This document shows, in pieces, positions 17,880 to 27,197 of a DNA stretch of 64,000 bases. How positions within the stretch are numbered: position 1 is the stretch's first letter; every line of letters starts with the position of its first letter. The position numbers and the translations under genes are program-made. This DNA comes from an uncultured Spirochaetaceae bacterium (GTDB taxonomy: Bacteria; Spirochaetota; Spirochaetia; SZUA-6; RPPD01). Location: assembly GCA_964634205.1 (NCBI GenBank), contig CAZWKE010000015.1, forward strand, positions 66 to 64,065, read 5' to 3'. The notes under the pieces were generated by a model, which made no database searches, was not told the DNA's origin, and saw only the letters and a list, made by a program, of their open reading frames with translations.

Positions 17880-18590
17880 ATGAAGATAAGCCTGACGGTT
17901 GTCATCGGTATAGGATGTTGTTTTATTTTATTTTCCCACCTATTATTGTACGCGGATGGGGCGGGTAACAGTTTTGCGGCGCAGAGAAAAAAACTCGCCT
18001 ATAATCATCTGCATGATATAGGCATACATAATCCAAAGGTGCTTGATGCCATCTATAAGGTAAAGCGCCACCTTTTCCTGCCGCGCAGGCTGTGGTCAAA
18101 GGCATATGAGGATGTTCCGCTTCCGCTTGGCAACGGCAATTTTGCGATTGAACCGTCTTTGGTGGCCTTGATCGCGGACAAACTCTCGCTGACGGGGAAT
18201 GAACGTATTCTGGTGATCGGCACCCATGAGGGGTATCTCTGCGCGGTGCTGGCCAAGCTGGCAAGGGCGGTGTTTGCCGTTGAAACGGATTACAAGGATT
18301 ACAAACAGTCCCAGGCCGGATTTTTCGCGCACCGGCTCTCGAATATCTGGGTAAGCTTCAGCTCCCGGTATTTTCAATGGAAACATGATATGACCTTCGA
18401 CCGGATTGTGGTAAACGGGGCGGTAAGTGAGCTGCCGCCGGAAATATTCGATCTGTTAAAGGACGGCGGTATTCTTATTGCGCCGGTCGGCGATCCGGCC
18501 GGGTTTCAAAAACTGGTTAAAATATCAACAAAAGGAAGCAAGCGGGAAAAACATGTTTTGGCTACGGTCATGTTTCCCCCGCTTAAGTAG
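17880..18590 (+). CDS. pcm: Protein-L-isoaspartate O-methyltransferase with an N-terminal hydrophobic segment
   Basis: VLDAIYKVKRHLFLP, AYEDVPLPLGNGNFAIEPSLVA and ILVIGTHEGYLCAVLA match the PIMT SAM-binding fold. The N-terminal segment is MKISLTVVIGIGCCFILF. Confidence 0.75.
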   Translation: MKISLTVVIGIGCCFILFSHLLLYADGAGNSFAAQRKKLAYNHLHDIGIHNPKVLDAIYKVKRHLFLPRRLWSKAYEDVPLPLGNGNFAIEPSLVALIADKLSLTGNERILVIGTHEGYLCAVLAKLARAVFAVETDYKDYKQSQAGFFAHRLSNIWVSFSSRYFQWKHDMTFDRIVVNGAVSELPPEIFDLLKDGGILIAPVGDPAGFQKLVKISTKGSKREKHVLATVMFPPLK

Positions 18591-18595
18591 AATGA

Positions 18596-19477
18596 ATGAG
18601 CACTGAGATAGTAATAATCATCGCTTTAGGCACGGCCGTGTTTCTCCTGCTTGTGGTCCTTGTCCTGCTTCTGACAAAAAGATCTTCCGGGGGGGTCACC
18701 TCCTCTTCGCTGTTCCTGAGTATCTCCCAAAGACTGGATGAGCTGGGTAAGGTGTCCGACCGGCTGCAGGAGCTGTCTCATATATTGTTTACCCCGCAAA
18801 CCCGGGGCGCCATTGGAGAGACCATGCTTGAGGAGTTGTTGAAGAATATGCTCCCCAAAGGTTCCTATGTTTTCCAGCACCAGTTTTCCAATGGGACGCG
18901 GGTGGATGCGCTGATCAAGATCGGCAACAATTATATTCCGGTTGACGCCAAATTTCCGGTACGGGGATTCAGGGACGAGCGGGAGACCGACCCGAACGGG
19001 AGCGGCGGCTCGAACGAGTTGAAACGGGTGTTTTTGAAGTATATGGCCGAGATTGCCGAGAAGTATATCCGCCCCCAGGAGCAGACCTCTCACTTTGCCC
19101 TGATGTATGTGCCTTCGGAAGCACTGTTTTATGAGGGTTTTGTAAAATACCAGGGAAATAAAGAAAAGGACCTGTTTTCCCAGGCCCTGGCTTTGCGGGT
19201 CATCCCGGTCAGTCCGTCAGGTCTTTTCCTGTATCTGCAGACCATTGCCTTCGGGGTTAAAAGTTTTGAGCTGGACAAGCATTACGATGAGCTGATCCGC
19301 CTGATCGCCGGATTGAAGAATGAGTTTTCGGCTTTTTCCCGCCTGTTTTCCACGGTGGGGACCCACCTGAAGAACATGAACAAGGCCTATGACGAGGCCC
19401 TTTCCCGCAGTAACCGCCTTGAGGTGACCATCGAACGCCTGGAAAGCCCGGGCCGGAAAAATATAACGCGCGGGTGA
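18596..19477 (+). CDS. rmuC: DNA recombination protein RmuC
   Basis: N-terminal TM, coiled coil. RmuC core IPVDAKFP plus FALMYVPSEALF. Confidence 0.75.
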   Translation: MSTEIVIIIALGTAVFLLLVVLVLLLTKRSSGGVTSSSLFLSISQRLDELGKVSDRLQELSHILFTPQTRGAIGETMLEELLKNMLPKGSYVFQHQFSNGTRVDALIKIGNNYIPVDAKFPVRGFRDERETDPNGSGGSNELKRVFLKYMAEIAEKYIRPQEQTSHFALMYVPSEALFYEGFVKYQGNKEKDLFSQALALRVIPVSPSGLFLYLQTIAFGVKSFELDKHYDELIRLIAGLKNEFSAFSRLFSTVGTHLKNMNKAYDEALSRSNRLEVTIERLESPGRKNITRG

Positions 19478-19514
19478 CATCCGGTGTGGCGCGGTTCCCT
19501 GATAAACCGGATAC

Positions 19515-20528
19515 TCAGCTTTGCAGACACGCCACGATCTCAAAAAGCGCCTTCAACGCCCTGATCCCTTCCGAAAGCGGTGAGACAAGCGGGGAAGTGC
19601 CGGCCAAAAAATCCACACAGTTTTGCACCATACCTGAAAAATATCCCGTAATCCGGGGGCGTCCTACCCCGCGCAATCGTTTCAGTGAATAAAACCCGCT
19701 GTAAAAGGGAGAGGGCGCGCGTGTATACTGCTTAAGATATCCGTTGCCGATGACGAGTTTGCCCTCCGAGCCGGTTACGGTAATTTCAAAATCGAATACC
19801 TTGCTCTGCCCATTGAACTCCAGGTACAGCAGTACATTCCGGGGCAAGTGGTAATGCAGGTTAAGTACGCGGACGGCCTTTTTCTTGTCTCTTATGATTC
19901 TGTCCGCCGCGGGGTCGGACAGGCGGGTGGAGAGCAAAAAATGCAATGTGTCCACCAAATGTGTGCCGTCATGGATAAGGGAGCAGTTGCCCGATTCAAC
20001 ACAGGTTTTTGACCAGACCGGGGCGCCGCTCCACAGGTGGGCATCGATCCGCTGCAGTGTGCCGAGCCCGCCGTTATCGATAATCCGCTTTGCCGTCAGG
20101 TAGTCCGCGGAAAAGCGCCGCTCATGGTTTACGCAGACGGGCACATGAAAGCGGGCGGCCGCTTTCCGGATTTTTTCTGCCGCCGCCGGCTCAGGAGCCA
20201 CGGGTTTTTCCAGGATGACAAGCCGGGGCTTGTACCTGATTACGGTCAGGGCCACCTCGGTATGCGCGCTTTCACTTACCGCCACCACTACCAGGTCCGG
20301 ATTTTCCGTTTGCATCAGGGTTTCCGCTGATGTGTAACAGGCGGTACGAGGGTAGTCTTTGCTCCAGGCAGTGAGTTTCTGTGGGTCGATATCACAGGCC
20401 GCGGCCAGACGGATACGCGGGTTCTTCGCCAGGGCGGCTGCATGCGAAGCGGGCTGTTCCCGTTTCTTATCTTTCTGCAGCAGATAACCGATTCTGCCGG
20501 TTCCGATGACGGCGGCTTTTAACTTCAT
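19515..20528 (-). CDS. Gfo/Idh/MocA-family NAD(P)-dependent oxidoreductase
   Basis: Rossmann motif MKLKAAVIGTGRIGY. Characteristic EKP motif (LVILEKPVA). Confidence 0.8.
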   Translation of the reverse strand: MKLKAAVIGTGRIGYLLQKDKKREQPASHAAALAKNPRIRLAAACDIDPQKLTAWSKDYPRTACYTSAETLMQTENPDLVVVAVSESAHTEVALTVIRYKPRLVILEKPVAPEPAAAEKIRKAAARFHVPVCVNHERRFSADYLTAKRIIDNGGLGTLQRIDAHLWSGAPVWSKTCVESGNCSLIHDGTHLVDTLHFLLSTRLSDPAADRIIRDKKKAVRVLNLHYHLPRNVLLYLEFNGQSKVFDFEITVTGSEGKLVIGNGYLKQYTRAPSPFYSGFYSLKRLRGVGRPRITGYFSGMVQNCVDFLAGTSPLVSPLSEGIRALKALFEIVACLQS

Positions 20529-20623
20529 AATTATATTGTCTCAAGATAGTTCGTTTAAATAAAGTGGTTTTTTAAAATTGTTTGCATTACATTTAATACC
20601 GTAACCATAAATGAGGAGGTTTT

Positions 20624-21652
20624 ATGAAACGATTAGTCTATATGGTTTTTATATTAATAATGTTCGGATTTACTCTGAGTCCACTTATGGCTCAAATTAA
20701 TTACAGTGATTTTGAAAATGATTTCCAGGCGTTTTCCGACGCCATAGCGTCAAGCCTTCCCTTTAACGCGGCCGTCGGCCTGCAGTGGTCGGACGCCTAC
20801 ATCGGAAACTTTCCGCATTTCGGGGTCGGGGCCACTCTGGGCGCCACCTTTATTCCCTGGGACGCGGCCAAGGATGTGGCCAATGAGTTTGGTATAGATT
20901 TTTCATCATTATACCCGGGACTGGTAGAAAATTTGGGAATGCCGCTCCCTGCCTGGTGTGTGGAAGGCAGAATCGGCGGATTGGGCTTTCCCTTTGATAT
21001 CGGCGTGAAGATCGGTTATCTGCCCAAAGATGCGGCCGTTCTGCTGCCCAAGGATATGACCTTCGATTACCTGCTGGTGGGTGCTGATTTTCGCTACGGT
21101 ATATTAGAGGACAGTGTTGCCACCCCTGCCCTGAGTGTGGGTGTGGGGGTGAATTATATGTCCGGGACGGTCACCTATAAAGGAGTAACCGGTGGAAATC
21201 AAATAATTAATACCGGTATAGCAGGTACACTCAATTATCTAAGATTAACCGATCCGGATGTCACCTTTTTCTGGCGGGCGTTATCAATCGATGTAAAAGC
21301 GCAATTGAGTAAAAACCTCTTGTTCATTACTCCCTATATCGGGGCGGCCGCTTCTTATTCGGTATATGCGGAGGCCGGCGGGGGGTTGAGTTCTTCCGTG
21401 CAGCATTCCGATAATAGCGGCGGCCCGTGGACCGATCTAGATTCTACTCAGATTTCCCAATTAGAATCTACCTTGGGAGCCGATGTATCCGGGACGGACA
21501 TCACCGTCACCAGCGCGGCCAACGGCTGGGGGCTGCGGGCGTTCGGCGGTGTGGCCTTCAATTTGCTTATTATCAAGATTGACCTGCATGCCATGTATAA
21601 TATCTTAAACAGTGCGCTCGGCTTTTCGGTGAACGTGCGTGCACAGTTATAA
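20624..21652 (+). CDS. Putative outer-membrane beta-barrel protein
   Basis: Signal peptide MKRLVYMVFILIMFGFTLSPLMAQ. Alternating Gly/aromatic beta-strand pattern. Followed by a strong terminator. Confidence 0.45.
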   Translation: MKRLVYMVFILIMFGFTLSPLMAQINYSDFENDFQAFSDAIASSLPFNAAVGLQWSDAYIGNFPHFGVGATLGATFIPWDAAKDVANEFGIDFSSLYPGLVENLGMPLPAWCVEGRIGGLGFPFDIGVKIGYLPKDAAVLLPKDMTFDYLLVGADFRYGILEDSVATPALSVGVGVNYMSGTVTYKGVTGGNQIINTGIAGTLNYLRLTDPDVTFFWRALSIDVKAQLSKNLLFITPYIGAAASYSVYAEAGGGLSSSVQHSDNSGGPWTDLDSTQISQLESTLGADVSGTDITVTSAANGWGLRAFGGVAFNLLIIKIDLHAMYNILNSALGFSVNVRAQL

Positions 21653-21683
21653 GCAACGCTGAAATTGAACTATCGTATGATAC

Positions 21684-21712
21684 GGGCCGCCCGCCGGGCG
21701 GCCTTTTTTTTC
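21684..21712 (+). terminator. Rho-independent terminator
   Basis: GGCCGCC-cgccg-GGCGGCC stem followed by TTTTTTTT. Confidence 0.6.
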
Positions 21713-21763
21713 GGCGCTCGGAGCACACTTGCCCCGAGAGGTTTTCCCTGGTAGGATTTCTGC

Positions 21764-22066
21764 GTGGAATTCAAGACAAGAGTGATTGAGCTGATCAAAT
21801 CCGTTCCCCGGGGCAGGGTGGCCACCTACGGGCAGATCGCCCGGATGGCGGGACATCCGCGCGGCGCCCGGTTGGTTTCGTATATACTGCATTCGCTTTC
21901 GGAAAAATATGATCTTCCCTGGCACCGTATTGTAAACCGCAAGGGCGGTATCTCACTGAAACCCGGCTACGGCTGCGAGTTACAGCGTACCATGCTTGAG
22001 GGAGAGGGGATCCGCTTTAAACCCTCCGACGAAATTGATCTGGCGAAATACGGTTGGAAAAGCTGA
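21764..22066 (+). CDS. MGMT-family DNA-binding protein lacking the alkyl-acceptor Cys (alkyltransferase-like, Atl/YbaZ type)
   Basis: 100 aa. VATYGQIARMAG...PWHRIVN, where PWHR replaces the PCHR active-site motif. Confidence 0.65.
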   Translation: MEFKTRVIELIKSVPRGRVATYGQIARMAGHPRGARLVSYILHSLSEKYDLPWHRIVNRKGGISLKPGYGCELQRTMLEGEGIRFKPSDEIDLAKYGWKS

Positions 22067-22176
22067 TTTTCCGGGACACATCGAGCTTAAGTAAAAAAGG
22101 GCTGCCTCTGCAGTGACGCCGGACAGCCCTGAGTACTCTTCCGGTTCCATTAATGATTGTATATCAAATTTTACAC

Positions 22177-23061
22177 TTAAAAATTGTCGAATGGATTGCC
22201 GTTATTATCGATGGTCCCGTTGTTGTTCCAGTGGGTTGTAGGAGGCGGAGTGATTACCGGCGGTGGTGTGTGTATCGGGTCCGGACCGGTCGGCATATGC
22301 GATGAATCGTCATTCATGAAATTATTACCGGCGTTCCGTATGGTGGAATCCTCGGTCAATTTTTTATTGACGTCCTGCAGCAGCACAAAGAGTACACACC
22401 AGGCGGCCACCTCATCCTTATGGTTCTTCAGAAACTCGTGGTCGGCTATGACATTAATTTTATTGTTGTTACTGTCGGACATATCATAATTCGCTATATA
22501 GGCCAGGACAGGGGTATCGTTATAATACAGCACATACTGCAGCCGGGATTTCAGGTTGGGAGAAAAACCCGCGGTCATCACGCTTTTGGAATAAAAATCA
22601 AAATGATAGGGCCGGCCGAAAAAATCTGCCTTGTTGGAATAACGTATGGTGACCGAACCAAACCCCAACTCAGGTTTGGAGGTCATCTCGATCATGCCTT
22701 TCTTTCCGTGACGGTCTTTGATATATACCCGAACGCTGTTTTGTTCCGTGTTGGGGACAAGTGTGTAAAGCAGTTTGCCCCGGTTTGAAAATACCTTGGC
22801 CGAAAGCACCGTATAGTTCGGATTGGGAATCCTTTGGTACTCGGCGATTTTTTCAGCCAGCTTCTGCCGGATGGGCAGGCGGTCATTCACCTCGAACGCG
22901 ATTGTGTCTATTTCAAGAATATCCTGGTTTTGGACGGTTTTTTCGGCGTTTTCCAATGTCTTGTTCCCCGGCATGGATGTGCCGATGCTCTGCATGGACA
23001 CCGCGCAGGAAAAAAAGAACGGCAGCAGACAGAAGAGTAAAAATAAATGTGTCAGTTTCAT
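22177..23061 (-). CDS. Hypothetical lipoprotein with Pro/Asn-rich C-terminal tail
   Basis: Start MKLTHLFLLFCLLPFFFSCAV (lipobox) with a GGAGGA RBS. The C-terminus is HTPPPVITPPPTTHWNNNGTIDNNGNPF. Confidence 0.5.
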   Translation of the reverse strand: MKLTHLFLLFCLLPFFFSCAVSMQSIGTSMPGNKTLENAEKTVQNQDILEIDTIAFEVNDRLPIRQKLAEKIAEYQRIPNPNYTVLSAKVFSNRGKLLYTLVPNTEQNSVRVYIKDRHGKKGMIEMTSKPELGFGSVTIRYSNKADFFGRPYHFDFYSKSVMTAGFSPNLKSRLQYVLYYNDTPVLAYIANYDMSDSNNNKINVIADHEFLKNHKDEVAAWCVLFVLLQDVNKKLTEDSTIRNAGNNFMNDDSSHMPTGPDPIHTPPPVITPPPTTHWNNNGTIDNNGNPFDNF

Positions 23062-23091
23062 GACTTCCTCCATATATTGTTGTGTTTCTAT

Positions 23092-24114
23092 TTATAATCC
23101 ATTCTTTGCGGTTTTGTTGCAGGAAAATTGCGTAATTTGTTTCAGCATTCTCATCACCAGACCCGGTCTTGCCAGCATTCTGGCGGTTCGCAAATTAAAA
23201 CCGTCATCTTCCGGGGTTTTTTTCGGCGTCTCCATGATTGCGGGCAGGCGCGAAAATACCGGTTTATGCAGAATTCGCTTAAAGCCGCGCCTGCCGATAC
23301 AGCCGCGGCCGATATGCCAGTGACGGTCATGACCGGAGCCCAACGCGGTGAGTGAGTCGTTCAGGTGAAGCAGAAAAAGCTTTTCCGGGCTGATACAGGC
23401 CGTAAACTCCCGAATCGCCTGCCGCAGGCCGCGCCGGGTGTGTATTTTATACCCCGCCTGGAACAGGTGGGCCGTGTCAAGACATATTCCGACGCGCCCG
23501 GCTGCTTCCGCCTTTTCCAATACCGCGGCCAGGTGCCGGAAACAATATCCCAGTTTCCCGCCGCCCCCGCTGGTGTTCTCCAGCAAGAGTGTTACCCCCG
23601 GTCCTGCGGCGGCCACAGAGTCCGCGCCGCCCGGTCCTGCGGCGTCGGATCCCGGGCGTGCTGCTGCCGGTTTCGTACCGGCCGACCTCGCGCCGGTCTG
23701 CCCCCCGGTGGACCCGAAACGCTCCAACACCCATTGAACGCTGCGGGCCATCAGGTCCAGGGCGGCACATTCCGTGTTGGATTTGCGTGAGCCCATGTGC
23801 ACAACGACAAAATCCGCGCCGATCAGTTCCCCGCGCCGCAGCTCCGCCAGCAGGGCTTCCCGGGACCGCTTCAGCAGTTTCCCGTCCTCGGCGCTGAGGT
23901 TCAGCAGGTAGGGCGCATGGATGACACAGGGCCGCAGGCCGTACCGGGACATACCCTCCCGGAACAAGCGGATCTCTTCTGCGGCCAACGGTTTGGTATC
24001 CCAGGAACGGGGGCTGCCGGAAAATATCTGCAGGCAGTCGCATCCCAGCTCGTGCGCCCGTTCCGGCGCCCGGTGCAGCCCCCCCTGAATCGATACATGA
24101 AATCCGAATCTCAT
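23092..24114 (-). CDS. nfo: Endonuclease IV (Nfo family AP endonuclease) with an internal Gly/Ala-rich insertion and a C-terminal extension
   Basis: Metal-site motifs IHAPYLLNL, VVVHMG, LLLEN, ICLDTAHLFQAGY, LLHLNDS and GSGHDRH align to E. coli Nfo. A roughly 38-aa low-complexity insert sits between them. Confidence 0.8.
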   Translation of the reverse strand: MRFGFHVSIQGGLHRAPERAHELGCDCLQIFSGSPRSWDTKPLAAEEIRLFREGMSRYGLRPCVIHAPYLLNLSAEDGKLLKRSREALLAELRRGELIGADFVVVHMGSRKSNTECAALDLMARSVQWVLERFGSTGGQTGARSAGTKPAAARPGSDAAGPGGADSVAAAGPGVTLLLENTSGGGGKLGYCFRHLAAVLEKAEAAGRVGICLDTAHLFQAGYKIHTRRGLRQAIREFTACISPEKLFLLHLNDSLTALGSGHDRHWHIGRGCIGRRGFKRILHKPVFSRLPAIMETPKKTPEDDGFNLRTARMLARPGLVMRMLKQITQFSCNKTAKNGL

Positions 24115-24137
24115 TTTACTCTCATGTTGCGTCTGTT

Positions 24138-25490
24138 TTACACCCCAAAAGCGAAGTGCGCTTCCTTCATTTCTTCCTGCGGGGGATTAAAGTAACCGAG
24201 CTTGACCCAGGGAAACGAGGTATGTATATGACTGATCCACTCCCGCATCCCGATGAAGGAGGGTTCCAATGCATCAAGCTCCAGTTCCTGCATATACCAG
24301 TCCGGGTCCATGTTAAGGTTGCGGGTCTGAAGCATATTGGGTTTTACCGAGCGGATAAGCATATCAAGCGCGGTTATTTCCTGTTTATGATCGGTAAAAC
24401 CGGGGAAAGCCAGGTAATTGACGGATGACCAACGCCGGTATTCGCGGGCCACGGCGAGAGATTCCACCGCGTCGGCGAAGGCATAGCCCCGCGGCCGGTA
24501 GTACGCCGTGTAATATTTTTCCTGCGCCGAGTTCAGGCTGACCCGGATACTGTCAAGGCCGGCTTTAAAGAGTGATTCCAAAGCACGGGGGAGGCTGCCG
24601 TTGGTATTGAGATTGATGATTCCCCTGTCGGTATGCCGGCGGATCTCCCTGATACTTTCGGCTATCAGGTCACTTTGAAGCAGCGGTTCTCCCTCACACC
24701 CCTGGCCGAAACTGATCACCGGCCGCGCCGCCTTTCCCAGGTGCGGGACCGTAAACTCGACAATTTCACGGACGGTCGGGGTAAAGGAGATACGCTCCTG
24801 TGAGGAAACGACCCCCGTTGTTTCGGGCTGCAGTGAGATACATCCGGCACAGCCCGCATTGCAGGCCGGGCTTGTGGGAACCGGGCACTCCCAACGTTCC
24901 AGCACAAAATTACGCGCGGCCGGACAGTCATAACAGTGAACACAGTTTTCCACCAGGTGTGCCGCCAGCCGGTTGCCGGGATAACGGCGCAGCATGCGCT
25001 CCGCCGCCTTGTTGATGCGGTCCTGCCGGAAGTTCCGCAGGTCCTGGCGTGAGTCATGATCGATTCTGGTCCCCGCCGCGTAGAACTCACCCTTGTACCA
25101 GCCCACGGCCGTATAAGCGTAAAGGGGAAGCCTTGCGGCGCCGGGCCGGGCACAGTAGGCCGGTCGGAGAAACTGCAGGTAGGCCGGGGCCATAAAGGCG
25201 GCGGCCGCCGTGACCTTTACCCCGCGGTACTGCTCGATAATGGTGAACCGCCCCAGTGATGTGTTGAAGCCCACGGCCGCCCGCCCGGGCAGCATGAACA
25301 GGTTGCTGCCGTGGGGCAGGGGAATCAGCTCCTCCTGTGCCGGGACGCGCATTTCCCCCAGGGCCATGCCGGCCATGTGCAGGTGGGGAATCTCAAACAT
25401 GTTTCCCTGGTCGTCACTGACAACCAGCAGGGGAGCTTCCATACTGCATTCGATAGTAACGGAAATGAACGGTTTTCTCAATACTCTCAT
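24138..25490 (-). CDS. Radical SAM domain protein (unknown subfamily) with an additional CxxCxxC cluster
   Basis: CNAGCAGC (Cx3Cx2C) radical SAM motif. Upstream CVHCYDC motif. 450 aa. Confidence 0.65.
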   Translation of the reverse strand: MRVLRKPFISVTIECSMEAPLLVVSDDQGNMFEIPHLHMAGMALGEMRVPAQEELIPLPHGSNLFMLPGRAAVGFNTSLGRFTIIEQYRGVKVTAAAAFMAPAYLQFLRPAYCARPGAARLPLYAYTAVGWYKGEFYAAGTRIDHDSRQDLRNFRQDRINKAAERMLRRYPGNRLAAHLVENCVHCYDCPAARNFVLERWECPVPTSPACNAGCAGCISLQPETTGVVSSQERISFTPTVREIVEFTVPHLGKAARPVISFGQGCEGEPLLQSDLIAESIREIRRHTDRGIINLNTNGSLPRALESLFKAGLDSIRVSLNSAQEKYYTAYYRPRGYAFADAVESLAVAREYRRWSSVNYLAFPGFTDHKQEITALDMLIRSVKPNMLQTRNLNMDPDWYMQELELDALEPSFIGMREWISHIHTSFPWVKLGYFNPPQEEMKEAHFAFGV

Positions 25491-25664
25491 AAACTATGCC
25501 AAAGTTTGATTGAGATGTTATTCTTCGAACATTAATACTTTTTTTCTGATGATATTTTCATTGGCTTGTGCTACACTAATGATAACAGTGGTATGCCGTG
25601 CTGCGGTCTGTTTCCCGATGCGCGGCTGACCGCCGGCGGCAGTTACGTGTAAAAAGGGGGAGAT

Positions 25665-27197
25665 ATGAAAAAAAGGTTTTGCTTCGCGGGTGCTTTATTA
25701 TTGACCGGACTGTTTCTGTTGTCCGCTTGCGGGTCCGGGGTTATAAAATCCGACCTGGGGTCGCTCTCCTGTCTGCCCGACAACTATACATCGTTTATCT
25801 ATATCAAGAACTTTCCGCATATAAAGGATGTTTTTGAGAAGTCGGAGTTCGCCGCTAAACTGAAAGATAACTATGTCTATCGGGATTTAAAGTACAAATA
25901 CTCACAGAGTATGGACCTGTTTTTTGTCAAGCTGGACTTTGATCCCGAAGCGCTGTTGGAACGGGTGAACAAAGATCTGCTGATCGGCTTTACCCCCGGC
26001 AGCTTTTTTGTGGCTGCCTCCCTGGATTATCAGTCACAGCTTGTGTATGCGCTTTTCAACCTGCTGCCCGATACCTACATCCAAAAAAGCAGGATTATGG
26101 GGCAGGAGATCAGCAGCTTTGCCCGGAACGGAAGGCAGATCTATTTCAGCTTCCAGAACAATTATCTGGTGGTAGCCGGAGACCGCAATACCATGTCCGC
26201 CCTGCTGGATTCCGACAGAAACAAAGACGTAGAGGGCAATGCATTGATAAACTCCTGTACGGATGAAGATGTTTATTTTCGCACCTCAATGCCCAAGGAT
26301 TACAACCAGTTCGATCTGCTGCCGCAGCTGGGGAAAATCTCCGTCAGGCTTAACCTGGCCACCTTTCATGCCCGGCTTGAGGCGGAACCGAAAAGCCACA
26401 GCTCATTTACCAAACCGGAAGAGGATTACCAGTATTTCCGCTTTTTAAAGTACCTTCCCCCGGATTTTACCCTGTGTTATTTTAACCGGGAATACGAAAC
26501 GGCCGCGGTCCTGCGCCAAATCTTTTCCAACTATGCCGAAGACCCCACGTATGCCTACCGGGCCGAGGAAAACATAAAAGAACTCTCCGTATTCGACAAC
26601 TTCAGCGATGGAGCCGTGTTTGCCTTTAAGACCCTGGGCTACAACCGCGGAGGTTCGGATGTGGAGCCCGGATTTGCTTTTGCCCTGCAGTTAAAAAAGA
26701 AGGTCCCGTCCTCCGGCCTGCCGTCGATATACGCCTCGGTTTTCCGTGTATTCAATTTCCTGTTCGGGTTCAGCGGTTGGGACAAGCAGGCGGGAAAAAA
26801 CTACACGGTTTATACCTGCAGAGACAATGATTTCCATATCATTGTTGCGGATCGCTTTTTCATTCTCTGCAGCAGCAAGGACATAACCGGGGACATAACC
26901 CAAAGGATCGAATCCGCCCAGGCATCGTTGTACGATACCCTGTTCGGCCGGTTCAAATCAGTAAAACAGGACAACCTGGTCTATTACATGGGAATTAATA
27001 TGAACAGCCTGGTGTCCGAGGTGGAGCCGTTTTTCTCCGATTATATCCGCGGGCGCCTGGGGATGAACAGGGGAGAGTATAATCACAGTTTCGGGGAGTT
27101 CATCAGTTTTTTGAAAGGTCGCCGACCGCTTTACATAACACTATCCAAAACCACAGACAGGGGAATGTATACGGGTGAAGTTACGTTTGTCAAATAA
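25665..27197 (+). CDS. Hypothetical lipoprotein, first gene of the alpha-2-macroglobulin cluster (possibly YfaA/DUF2138-like)
   Basis: Signal plus lipobox MKKRFCFAGALLLTGLFLLSACGSG. 510 aa. Overlaps the next gene. Confidence 0.45.
   Translation: MKKRFCFAGALLLTGLFLLSACGSGVIKSDLGSLSCLPDNYTSFIYIKNFPHIKDVFEKSEFAAKLKDNYVYRDLKYKYSQSMDLFFVKLDFDPEALLERVNKDLLIGFTPGSFFVAASLDYQSQLVYALFNLLPDTYIQKSRIMGQEISSFARNGRQIYFSFQNNYLVVAGDRNTMSALLDSDRNKDVEGNALINSCTDEDVYFRTSMPKDYNQFDLLPQLGKISVRLNLATFHARLEAEPKSHSSFTKPEEDYQYFRFLKYLPPDFTLCYFNREYETAAVLRQIFSNYAEDPTYAYRAEENIKELSVFDNFSDGAVFAFKTLGYNRGGSDVEPGFAFALQLKKKVPSSGLPSIYASVFRVFNFLFGFSGWDKQAGKNYTVYTCRDNDFHIIVADRFFILCSSKDITGDITQRIESAQASLYDTLFGRFKSVKQDNLVYYMGINMNSLVSEVEPFFSDYIRGRLGMNRGEYNHSFGEFISFLKGRRPLYITLSKTTDRGMYTGEVTFVK

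Noticed and set aside
19474-19692. 72-aa plus-strand ORF overlapping the 3' end of the Gfo/Idh/MocA gene
   Set aside because: It overlaps a confident minus-strand gene, has no RBS, and its composition reflects antisense coding.
23365-24195. Several 100-190-aa ORFs on both strands overlapping nfo
   Set aside because: Arg/Pro/Gly-rich translations antisense or out of frame to endonuclease IV. They are a consequence of about 70% local GC.
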